Shown here: in pieces, positions 47,956-56,723 of the stretch
Layout: each line of letters starts with the position of its first letter
Position numbering within the stretch: the first letter of the stretch is position 1
Assembly: GCA_964421525.1 (NCBI GenBank)
Contig: CAYQXG010000002.1
Location: forward strand, 367-64,366
Source: an uncultured Sangeribacter sp.
Lineage (GTDB): Bacteria; Bacteroidota; Bacteroidia; Bacteroidales; Muribaculaceae
Length of the DNA stretch: 64,000 nt
Direction of reading: 5' to 3'
Program-made: the position numbers and the translations under genes
Notes under the pieces: generated by a model
The model's database searches: none
What the model was told of the DNA's origin: nothing
What the model saw: the letters and a program-made list of their open reading frames with translations, nothing else

Positions 47956-47988
47956 TTTGTAAAGATACTGTTTCGGGGTGTAATTTTG
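47956..47988 (+). promoter_or_regulatory. Promoter for OMP
   Basis: TTTG-N21-TAATTTTG. Confidence 0.7.
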
Positions 47989-48039
47989 CATTCCGTAAGC
48001 CACGGCTTGCGAATTTTAATCAATGCAAAAATTACAGAT

Positions 48040-50973
48040 ATGAAACACTCCGCTAAAATTTTTTCTGCCGGGAAATTCAGGAAACACTCCCATTCAATCA
48101 TGCTGATCACAATAGCATGGCTTATGATTATTCCGGGACTTAATGTTTATGCAGACACATTCAATATTTCAGCAAGAGTCTGCGACGAGACCACCGGTTT
48201 CGATATCAAGGACGGCAACTACCGTCTTCTTGAAATGCCGGACTCTGCGATCATAGCCGAGGGCAAGACTATGACAAGCTGGTTGAGTGGCAGTACGGGC
48301 AATTTTAAGGAAACAATCTTACCGGATTTCACAATACGCAATATTGAGGGAGGAAAGAAGTATATCCTTGAGATAACAGCCGACAGATATGAACCTCTCT
48401 ATGTGGATATAGACATATCCAAGCTGGGCAAGAGGGAGGGTACCCTCAATCTGGGGCATCTTGATCTTAAGAAGGCACATCGGCTCGAAGAAGTGACAGT
48501 CACTGCCACAAAACTGAAATTCTACAATAAAGGGGATACGGTCATATATAATGCAGACGCTTTCAAACTTGCGGAAGGTAGCATGCTCGATGCGCTCATA
48601 GCACAATTACCGGGAGCAGAACTTACCGAAAACGGCCAGATTTTCGTAGAGGGACGCCTGATAGAGAGCCTTCTTCTCAATAGCAAGGATTTTTTCAAAG
48701 GAAATAACAAGGTCATGCTCGAAAACTTAGGGGCATATACCGTGAAGAATATAGCTGTCTACGACCGTCAGAGAGAAGAGGACAAGGTGATGGGAAAGAA
48801 TTATGGCAAGACGAGCCTTACGATGGACGTGCGGCTTAAGAAAGAATATCAGATGGGTCTGATATTGAATGCGGAAGCGGGCTATGGCATTAAAGATAAG
48901 TTTCTTGGCAGGCTGTTCGGCCTATGGTATAACTACAGGGCACGTGTGGGTTTCTACGGGAATGCCAACAACACGAGCAACTTGTCGCAACCAAAAGAGA
49001 AGGGGACATCAGCCATGCCTTCAGCGAAGTCGCGTGAGATAACAACTTATGCGGGGGGCATTGACTACGAGGTCTCTATACCAAGATCCCCATTGTCGTT
49101 TTCGGGGAATGCCAATGCCACCTACAGTAGCACCAAGAGTGATGTGCGAACTTACACAACAAATTTTCTGCCCGGTGGCGACACTTATGGATATTCATTC
49201 AAAAACAGTTTGATAAAGTCATTGAAACTTTCTACCGAACACAGTGCTAAAGCGTATGCCGACACCTGGAACTGGGAGATTAACCCGAAATTCAATTATG
49301 TCAGGAATAATGCTGAATCCAGACAGATATCAGCTACATTTAACCGTGAATGGGACGATGTAGACCGCGATTTCATCGAAAAAATTTATTCAGGCGAAAC
49401 AAATCAGGTACTGACTTCTATAATCAATCGGAGTATAAAGGATGAGGAATCTCATGGTAACAAAGCGTTGCTCGACATCCAGACGGAGGGGAAAAACAAG
49501 GTGAATTCCACAGATGCCATCACATATCATGCAGCATACACCTATCAGAAGAAACACAACAAAGAAGATGAACTTCTCAAAATCAACTACGACGATAATC
49601 CGGCGCCGGCACTCAACGATAGGAGACGTTATTACACTACACCTGACTTCAACTGGCATGTGGAGGGAGGCTTAGGTTACATTCTGGCACTCTCACGAAG
49701 TCTGTTTGCAGAGATTTCTTACACGTATCAGCACCGATACAGCCATACTGCGTCGGAACTTTACAGGGAAGAAGACTACATAATGGGGCAGGTAGGTGGA
49801 AATCTCAGTCATTATGCTCCGTCGGCAATCAACAGACAAGGCATCCTCGACGTAGACAATAGTTTTGACAGCCGTTACCGGGAGGAGAAGAACGACATAA
49901 ATCTAAATTTCACCTATAACGTCAAATGCCTAAGGCTTTATGCCGAGCTGCCACTGTCAATTCGTAGGCAGAGTCTGCATTACCTCCGGGGAGATGTGGA
50001 TGCAACACTGAAGCGGACAAAGTATTTCGCCGGAGACTGCGACCTAAGCGCCAATATCTATCTTGGGGAATCCAAACCTATATGGATCTATGCCGGCTAC
50101 ACAAGGACTGTTACATCTCCCGATATGGTGGACATGGTGGATTTTACTAATACGCTTGACCCATTGAATATTAGACAAGGCAATCCGAATCTCAAGGATG
50201 CGGATTCAGAAAACATGCGTGTGTATTACAATCAAGTTTTGAATAAATCGCGCAATATGCGCCATGATTATGGAATTAATGCCACCATCTACAGAAATAG
50301 TCTTGCTTATGGTTATACATACAACCGCACAACGGGTGTGAAGAGCGGTAAGATGTATAATGTGATGGGAAATGCCAGGTATTCCATATTTCAGAATTTC
50401 AGTACAGACTTTGCGAGCGGAAACTGTATGAATATTAAGAATAACACCACCCTAAGCTATAACCGAAGTGCCGACATGCTTAGTTCGGATGCTGCATTGC
50501 CAACAAAGAATATAGTTAATGACTATGGGATCTCGGAGACTGTTTCTCTCGGTTACAATCGTTCATGGTTTAGTGCGAGGGGAGAGGCAAAAGTGAATTG
50601 GAAACGCTTTACAAGCCATCAGACGGGATTTATTCCGTTTAATGCGTGGAATATGAGTTATTCGCTCATCGGAAATATCAATTTGTCGTCAAAAATTTCA
50701 ATCAACACAGATTTCAACATTTATGCAAGGCGTGGCTACACAGAGGCATCATTAAACACCAATAATTATGTATGGAATGCCCGTCTTACCTATAAACTTA
50801 TGAAAGGCAATATGCTGCTTATGCTTGATGGATTTGATATCCTGCATAATCTAAGCAATGTACATTATTCCGTAAATGCGCAGGCAAGAACTGAGACATA
50901 CTCCGGTGTTGTGCCGAGTTATTGCATGCTTCATGTTCAATGGAAGTTTAATAAAGCTCCTAAGATTAAATGA
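48040..50973 (+). CDS. Outer-membrane beta-barrel protein (TBDR-like)
   Basis: LEEVTVTA, GDT..YNADAF...LPG plug-like region, GNPNLK, aromatic C-terminal strand. Start may be 48100. Confidence 0.8.
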   Translation: MKHSAKIFSAGKFRKHSHSIMLITIAWLMIIPGLNVYADTFNISARVCDETTGFDIKDGNYRLLEMPDSAIIAEGKTMTSWLSGSTGNFKETILPDFTIRNIEGGKKYILEITADRYEPLYVDIDISKLGKREGTLNLGHLDLKKAHRLEEVTVTATKLKFYNKGDTVIYNADAFKLAEGSMLDALIAQLPGAELTENGQIFVEGRLIESLLLNSKDFFKGNNKVMLENLGAYTVKNIAVYDRQREEDKVMGKNYGKTSLTMDVRLKKEYQMGLILNAEAGYGIKDKFLGRLFGLWYNYRARVGFYGNANNTSNLSQPKEKGTSAMPSAKSREITTYAGGIDYEVSIPRSPLSFSGNANATYSSTKSDVRTYTTNFLPGGDTYGYSFKNSLIKSLKLSTEHSAKAYADTWNWEINPKFNYVRNNAESRQISATFNREWDDVDRDFIEKIYSGETNQVLTSIINRSIKDEESHGNKALLDIQTEGKNKVNSTDAITYHAAYTYQKKHNKEDELLKINYDDNPAPALNDRRRYYTTPDFNWHVEGGLGYILALSRSLFAEISYTYQHRYSHTASELYREEDYIMGQVGGNLSHYAPSAINRQGILDVDNSFDSRYREEKNDINLNFTYNVKCLRLYAELPLSIRRQSLHYLRGDVDATLKRTKYFAGDCDLSANIYLGESKPIWIYAGYTRTVTSPDMVDMVDFTNTLDPLNIRQGNPNLKDADSENMRVYYNQVLNKSRNMRHDYGINATIYRNSLAYGYTYNRTTGVKSGKMYNVMGNARYSIFQNFSTDFASGNCMNIKNNTTLSYNRSADMLSSDAALPTKNIVNDYGISETVSLGYNRSWFSARGEAKVNWKRFTSHQTGFIPFNAWNMSYSLIGNINLSSKISINTDFNIYARRGYTEASLNTNNYVWNARLTYKLMKGNMLLMLDGFDILHNLSNVHYSVNAQARTETYSGVVPSYCMLHVQWKFNKAPKIK

Positions 50974-51024
50974 AGCATAAAGCACAATTGAGGTTTGATA
51001 AATTTTGGAGAAATATAATAATCA

Positions 51025-51087
51025 GAGGGTGTGTCAAAATGAACTGCGCCCCAAAAGTTTTGTGTCCAACTTTTGGGGTGCAGTTCA
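51025..51087. mobile_element. Non-autonomous IS-end remnant / MITE-like hairpin
   Basis: TGAACTGCGCCCCAAAAGTT-8nt-AACTTTTGGGGTGCAGTTCA (TG...CA, IS3-family-like ends) preceded by GAGGGTGTGTCAAAA; no transposase. Confidence 0.65.
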
Positions 51088-51143
51088 GAAGCTGAAAAAT
51101 GCTTACTTTTTCAGTGTCCACCTTAATTTACAGAAAATTTTGT

Positions 51144-51151
51144 TAAATTTG
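51144..51151 (+). promoter_or_regulatory. sigmaA -7 box for AraC gene
   Basis: TAAATTTG 24 nt before the ATG. Confidence 0.6.
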
Positions 51152-51175
51152 CATCTTGTTGATGTTATAAAGGAT

Positions 51176-51730
51176 ATGAAGATAAGAATAAAAAATATGG
51201 TTTGCCGGCATTGTGTGGCTAAGGTTGCAGAGATCACATCCGGGATTCCTGAGCTGAATCTGCTCGGGGTTGAGTTGGGGGCAGTGACAGTGGAAGGTAG
51301 TCCTGCGGATGATGTAATTGATAGGTTCGACAACGAGCTACGCAAGGAAGGGTTTGAGGTTATCCATTCAAGGGAGGAAACCATTGTGTCTGAAATAAAG
51401 TCCAAACTGATAGAATTATCCCGGAATAGCGAAGGCTCACGAGCAGACACAGCTTCAATTCTCGAGGATTTCTTGCACATGTCTTACCGCAATTTATCGA
51501 GGATTTTTGCATCAGTAGAGGGGAGGACAATAGAGAATTATTTCACTGCATTGCGGATTGAGCGAATCAAGGAATTGCTTCTTGACGGACAAATGCCGCT
51601 GGGGGAGATTGCTTTTATAACGGGATTCTCTTCGGTGCCTCACCTAAGCACCCGCTTCAAGCAGGCAACAGGAATGACCCCCACGCAGTTTAAGGAAATG
51701 GGAATACGAAAGCCTTTGGCGGAAATATAA
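51176..51730 (+). CDS. AraC-family regulator with N-terminal metal-binding (MVCRHC) domain
   Basis: IKNMVCRHC; C-terminal AraC HTH (EIAFITGFSSVPHLS.RFK..TGMTP). Confidence 0.87.
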   Translation: MKIRIKNMVCRHCVAKVAEITSGIPELNLLGVELGAVTVEGSPADDVIDRFDNELRKEGFEVIHSREETIVSEIKSKLIELSRNSEGSRADTASILEDFLHMSYRNLSRIFASVEGRTIENYFTALRIERIKELLLDGQMPLGEIAFITGFSSVPHLSTRFKQATGMTPTQFKEMGIRKPLAEI

Positions 51731-51780
51731 CGGATTGGCAGGAATATATAACGATTTCTTTGCTTTTCATAGTAATTTTG
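51716..51780 (+). promoter_or_regulatory. 21-bp-periodic direct repeat plus -7 box for permease
   Basis: ATATAACG at 51725 and 51746, each preceded by TTGGC(A)GGAA; TAATTTTG at 51773. Confidence 0.6.
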
Positions 51781-51812
51781 CAATGAATTATAAAATTAAT
51801 GGCAAAATTACT

Positions 51813-53048
51813 ATGAATTTTCTTGATTCCCTTTTATATATGCTCAATGAGATGTCGCCCTACATATTGTTAGGATTTCTCATTGCAGGCGTGCTTCATG
51901 CGTTCGTATCGCGTGAGACATTTGCCCGTCATCTATCAGGCAAATCGTTCGGCTCAGTGGTGAAAGCAACTTTGATCGGAGTCCCACTTCCCTTGTGTTC
52001 ATGCGGAGTGCTTCCTACAGCGATAGCGATGCGCAGAAACGGAGCCTCCAGGGCAGCATCGTCGGCATTTCTCATCTCCACACCACAGACCGGAGTTGAC
52101 TCGATAGCTGCCACATGGTCGCTTCTTGGTCCTGCATTTGCCATAATGCGTCCGATAGCGGCATTGGTCACAGCATTGGCCGGAGGAGCTGCTGTTGGTG
52201 CAACTGAAAAGGATTCGGAAGAGAAAGAAAGCTGCAGCATCTCTGCAGATGCTTCTGATGAAAGGCCATCAACATTTGTAGGGAAGGTCGTTGCATCATT
52301 GCGCTACGGATTCGTCGACCTTGTTGGAAGCATAGGCCTATGGCTTACGGTAGGACTCGTTATTGCGGCTTTGATCACAGTCTATGTGCCGGCTGATTTC
52401 TTTTCAGTGCTTGGCAACAAGCCAATAGTGTCGATGATCATCGCCCTTGTCGTGGCTATTCCAATGTATGTGTGTGCCACCGGCTCTATTCCAATCGCTC
52501 TTTCGCTCATACTGAAGGGCCTTTCGCCGGGAACTGCGTTTGTATTGCTGATGGCAGGGCCGGCTGCCAACTTTGCCTCGTTCACATTAATATCACGTGA
52601 GATGGGGAAACGCGCAGCATTCGTATATCTCGGTTCCATAATATTGGGAGCAATGGCAATGGGTCTCGCAATTGATTATCTTTTGCCTGCACATTGGTTT
52701 GCTGTCGGTAGCGACGCGGTCATGCACGGTGCATGCCATCATGAGTTCAGCACATTCTCCACGATATGCTCCGCCATACTTGCCGGATTGCTTATATATT
52801 CGCTAATACGCAGATTTTATAATCCCAAAACAAATAACCATACAGATATGACACAGGAATATATCATCACGGGGATGAACTGTCCCCATTGCCAGAATGC
52901 CGTGAAGAAGGCTATCGCAGCAGTAGAAGGGGTAGACGCAGTAGAGGTAGACCTTCATGCAGGACTTGCAACCGTAGACGGAACTGTCGATAATGCAGCA
53001 GTGATCAACGCTGTTCATGCAGCAGGCTTCGAGGCCCGTTGCAAATGA
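51813..53048 (+). CDS. DUF318/SO_0444-family heavy-metal permease with C-terminal HMA domain
   Basis: PLPLCSCGV, PQTGVDS, PMYVCATGS, GPAAN; GMNCPHC HMA motif. Confidence 0.87.
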   Translation: MNFLDSLLYMLNEMSPYILLGFLIAGVLHAFVSRETFARHLSGKSFGSVVKATLIGVPLPLCSCGVLPTAIAMRRNGASRAASSAFLISTPQTGVDSIAATWSLLGPAFAIMRPIAALVTALAGGAAVGATEKDSEEKESCSISADASDERPSTFVGKVVASLRYGFVDLVGSIGLWLTVGLVIAALITVYVPADFFSVLGNKPIVSMIIALVVAIPMYVCATGSIPIALSLILKGLSPGTAFVLLMAGPAANFASFTLISREMGKRAAFVYLGSIILGAMAMGLAIDYLLPAHWFAVGSDAVMHGACHHEFSTFSTICSAILAGLLIYSLIRRFYNPKTNNHTDMTQEYIITGMNCPHCQNAVKKAIAAVEGVDAVEVDLHAGLATVDGTVDNAAVINAVHAAGFEARCK

Positions 53049-53810
53049 TCATCTCGGAGAGAATCGGAGCCGTGAGTATAATATCGGCATTGATGCATCC
53101 GATTTTTCAAGATAAAGCCTGTGAAGCAGAGGATTATTTTCCGACCTCTGCTTCATTATTTTTATTTCCATGCCGTAGGAGGCTTCATGGAGAAAAGAAA
53201 TCTCAAGGCGATTCACTATGTTGGCATCGTATTCCTGCATATCAAACTGATTCAGCAGCAGGTCGATATACCGCACGGTATTGACATGGCGGTAGAAATC
53301 TATATCGCAATATTTGAATCTGTAGAAAGGACTGTTCTCTTCCGGCTCTATTCTCACATGCTTTTCCTGCATTGGAATCGGACATTCGATATCAGAAATC
53401 CATTCCGGCTTGAAATTTAGACCGGAGAGACCTGCATTGCTACGGTCGGATGTGTTGAGAACCATCCATATTGAGCGGGCGTACCCCATGATATTTCCGT
53501 CGGAATCCGCGATGGAGAATGCCCGTCGGGAAAAGTGGCGGTTCCAGTCTTCAACCCAAGTTGTGATGCTGTAGTCGGTGTTTTCATGAGGATATCGGTT
53601 CATTTCCACAGTAAGGCGGGAAAGTACCCATCCCATGTCGGGGTGTGGCATGTTTGGATTGCCGATTCCAAGAATATTTGCATGTTCGGTTGCTACATCA
53701 ATTAGTTTCTGAGCAAGTAAAGGTAGCGACAACTCCTGCTGGGCGTTGCATTCTGCCGCCGACAGATAGAATCTGCGGGTTATGATGGCTTCGTTTTCAG
53801 TCGGTTTCAT
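53049..53810 (-). CDS. Acyl-ACP thioesterase
   Basis: WVLSRL, DIDFYRHVNTVRY double hot-dog motifs. Confidence 0.88.
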   Translation of the reverse strand: MKPTENEAIITRRFYLSAAECNAQQELSLPLLAQKLIDVATEHANILGIGNPNMPHPDMGWVLSRLTVEMNRYPHENTDYSITTWVEDWNRHFSRRAFSIADSDGNIMGYARSIWMVLNTSDRSNAGLSGLNFKPEWISDIECPIPMQEKHVRIEPEENSPFYRFKYCDIDFYRHVNTVRYIDLLLNQFDMQEYDANIVNRLEISFLHEASYGMEIKIMKQRSENNPLLHRLYLEKSDASMPILYSRLRFSPR

Positions 53811-53814
53811 AATG

Positions 53815-53822
53815 CAAAGGTA
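53815..53822 (-). promoter_or_regulatory. -7 box giving a near-leaderless thioesterase mRNA
   Basis: TACCTTTG ends 4 nt before the ATG. Confidence 0.55.
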
Positions 53823-53876
53823 ATCAAAATTATCCGAAAAGCGATTAATCGGTGATATTTTTTGTTATATAAATGT

Positions 53877-54296
53877 ATGAATACGCATGAAATCGATATG
53901 CTTGAGTCGGGAGGAGTGAAACCGACGTCCAACCGAATACTTGTGCTGAGGTGTCTTGGCGCCTCCAAGTCTCCAATGAGTCTAATAGAACTTGAGACTG
54001 AGTTGGAGACACTTGAGCGTTCAAGCATACTTCGTGTGCTTACGGTGCTGTCGGAGCATGGACTGGTGCATGCAATGGAAGATGGGCGAGGGGTGACAAA
54101 ATATGAAGTGTGCCATAGTACTGACCATGGCACACAAGACGATCATCATGCACATTTCTATTGCGAGAAGTGCAACAAGGTGTATTGTCTGGAAGACATC
54201 ACCATACCACACATTCCTATCCCTTCAGGGTTTGAACTAAAAGGAGTCAACTTCATGCTGAAAGGAATCTGTGCCTCCTGCCGTCAACAAGGCTGA
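53877..54296 (+). CDS. Fur-family transcriptional regulator
   Basis: GVKPTSNR, HHAHFYCEKC, GICASC. Confidence 0.88.
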   Translation: MNTHEIDMLESGGVKPTSNRILVLRCLGASKSPMSLIELETELETLERSSILRVLTVLSEHGLVHAMEDGRGVTKYEVCHSTDHGTQDDHHAHFYCEKCNKVYCLEDITIPHIPIPSGFELKGVNFMLKGICASCRQQG

Positions 54297-54304
54297 CTTT
54301 TCAT

Positions 54305-56575
54305 TTATTTGGTCAGGATGCCGGAATCATTGCTGACATTGTCATACTGCGGACGGGCACTGTTCCTGTTTCTCCCGAAACGGAAGTTGTAAGACAGCTT
54401 AAGCGAGATCATGTTTGCCCTGTCGCGAACAAATATCTCGGTATCTGCGTAAACAGGGGCGGAGTTGACGGTGTGCTCGCTTTCCTTAAATCCCTTGCCA
54501 AAAGGCATGAACCATTCAATTCCGACCGACAGGTTTGAAACCGGCCTGTAGAGCACAGTTGCCGACCAGCACTGAGCACGTGGTCTTTCCAGCTGACCCT
54601 CTACAATTTTCCCGGGATATTGATAGAAAAGTTCTCCGGTCCACTTGTCAAGGTTCAGGGCAATCGTCGACATCCACTGGAACCTGTAGCCGTGCCACGA
54701 ATACTCGGAGTTGCTTCCGTTCAAGTCCGAGGCAATGATCCTGTTCCAGAGAGTCAGTTTTTTGTTGCCGAGCGGTTTGATAGTGAAATCAGCCTGAGAC
54801 GACCACACACGGTATTTGTCAAGATTGACCAGAGTCTGCAACATATAGTCCTCTGTCTGCGTGTACATATCGCAGATTCGTCCCTTTGATGATTCAAAAG
54901 ATCCCCTGAGAGAGAAGTCGACAAACTTGCTGCTGAAAATGAAACGAATGGCGGCTGTATGATCACGATAGGGTTTTAAGGTTGCGTTTCCGTGGAATAC
55001 AAGACGGGTGTCGAGCCACTGGTTGGTCTCACTAAGTTGTGCTATCGAAGGAGTACGTCCGGACATCGAATAGTCGATTGCCATTTGGAACCCGGATTTT
55101 GGTCTCCAGCTCAGACTGAGCCTCGGAGTAGGGATAACAAGATTTTGGGTTCTCTCCATTCGGGAAGAAGCGGAATAGAACCAATTCACGCCCATTATCA
55201 CGTTCCATCGGAACTTCCTTTTCGAACCGATCCACATGGCAGTCGCTCCGGTGATATTATTCTCAAGAAAGAAAGGGGTTTCGGTGTCGGCATACCTGCT
55301 GTGATGGAAAGTCTCGTATGCACTGAGGTATAAATAGCCTAACTTCAACTTAGGGCACTCGTATTGGATTTCAGACAGAATCGCGTTCAAGCCGGTTCTA
55401 TATTTCGAGTGTGAGTCCTCAAGAACAGCGGAGTTACCACCATATTCACGATAACGGGACTCATAGGATGTGGAATAATGCTGAAACTTGATATTTCCAA
55501 GTAAAGTCGCACCATTACCGAGATTTTTCTCGATATAGTTTCCCGCCGTATATTTATTGAAACCTTTACGCAAGTAATTAGAGGCAGGAAATTCCGTTCC
55601 GAGTGTCTTCACCAACTGGCTCATGTTGCTTCCGTTCCTGTCAAAACCGGCTGAAGCCTGGACATTGTAGAGAAAGTTGTTTGGTTTGTTTATCTGATAT
55701 GAGATATTGACGCTGTTGTCGTCAATGTCTTCTTTGGAGTCCAGCCCCTCCTTTGTTTTGCGATACTGAACATTGTCGATATCGTATTCAAGAAACTCAG
55801 ACTGGCGTATATTTCTGTAATGCTTATTCTCATTGTTGTAAATAAGAGCCAGACGCGAATTTCTGTAGTTGTAGCGAAGAGATACAGAGTTTTCCCCGAC
55901 CAGAGGCCGGGCGGCCTGCGTTAAATCAAGAGCTACATTACCACCGTGGAGCTTTGATTTCAGACGGATGTCGATTACCGACGCCACACCCTGTGCTATG
56001 AATCTTGGAGGTGGAGTCTGGTAGACATCTACCTTGGCAATGTCTTCTTTTGAGAGTGCCTGCACTTCCTGCCGGGTTGCATCGACACCGTCGATGAGCA
56101 ACTTGACATTACGGTTTCCTTCGTAGAATAGGGCTCCATTGGAAAGGACAGTCATGTTCGGAATTACATTGAGCGCTTGGAATACATTGGAATACCTTTT
56201 GAAATCTGCCTGTGATATTCGAAAGGAGGAATGAGTGTCGAATTCCTCCACATCGTCGGGGGTTACTGTCACCTCGCTAAGGCTGACAGCTGAGACGAGT
56301 GTCACGGTGTCTCCTGGCATGGTGGCAAGCGTGAGCAGGCGCTCGCTGTAGCCGTCATGGGATGCGAGGATTTGGGCGACATCGGATTTGTCGATATTGA
56401 CCATTCCGTTGATGTTTGAAAACCATGTGGCAACAGAGTCCATCTCCTGCGTCAGACCTATGCATCTTACATCAGGAATCGGGTTGCCGGAACTGTTCTG
56501 AAAAGTAATCATACGCGCATTACAGCAAAAGAATGCGGATGCAATAATTGAAAGAAAAAGCAGAAATCTTTTCAT
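54305..56575 (-). CDS. Outer-membrane beta-barrel protein (TBDR-like)
   Basis: Signal peptide, LSEVTV, plug-like IDG...VIDI, GNATLKP, LSYNF. Confidence 0.78.
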   Translation of the reverse strand: MKRFLLFLSIIASAFFCCNARMITFQNSSGNPIPDVRCIGLTQEMDSVATWFSNINGMVNIDKSDVAQILASHDGYSERLLTLATMPGDTVTLVSAVSLSEVTVTPDDVEEFDTHSSFRISQADFKRYSNVFQALNVIPNMTVLSNGALFYEGNRNVKLLIDGVDATRQEVQALSKEDIAKVDVYQTPPPRFIAQGVASVIDIRLKSKLHGGNVALDLTQAARPLVGENSVSLRYNYRNSRLALIYNNENKHYRNIRQSEFLEYDIDNVQYRKTKEGLDSKEDIDDNSVNISYQINKPNNFLYNVQASAGFDRNGSNMSQLVKTLGTEFPASNYLRKGFNKYTAGNYIEKNLGNGATLLGNIKFQHYSTSYESRYREYGGNSAVLEDSHSKYRTGLNAILSEIQYECPKLKLGYLYLSAYETFHHSRYADTETPFFLENNITGATAMWIGSKRKFRWNVIMGVNWFYSASSRMERTQNLVIPTPRLSLSWRPKSGFQMAIDYSMSGRTPSIAQLSETNQWLDTRLVFHGNATLKPYRDHTAAIRFIFSSKFVDFSLRGSFESSKGRICDMYTQTEDYMLQTLVNLDKYRVWSSQADFTIKPLGNKKLTLWNRIIASDLNGSNSEYSWHGYRFQWMSTIALNLDKWTGELFYQYPGKIVEGQLERPRAQCWSATVLYRPVSNLSVGIEWFMPFGKGFKESEHTVNSAPVYADTEIFVRDRANMISLKLSYNFRFGRNRNSARPQYDNVSNDSGILTK

Positions 56576-56723
56576 AATTATATGATATGATGAATTTTAT
56601 GATTTTATTATCTTTGAAAAAGATATGTTGATGGTTTACTCGTGTTGTTTCTTACAAACGAGCAATTCTTAAAATCTTTATGAGACGGGGTCTTAGTCCA
56701 AAGATGCCTGATCTACTCGGGCA

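Noticed and set aside
51005-51175. Long N-terminal extension of the AraC ORF
   Set aside because: Runs through the IS-end hairpin and promoter; the real start is 51176.
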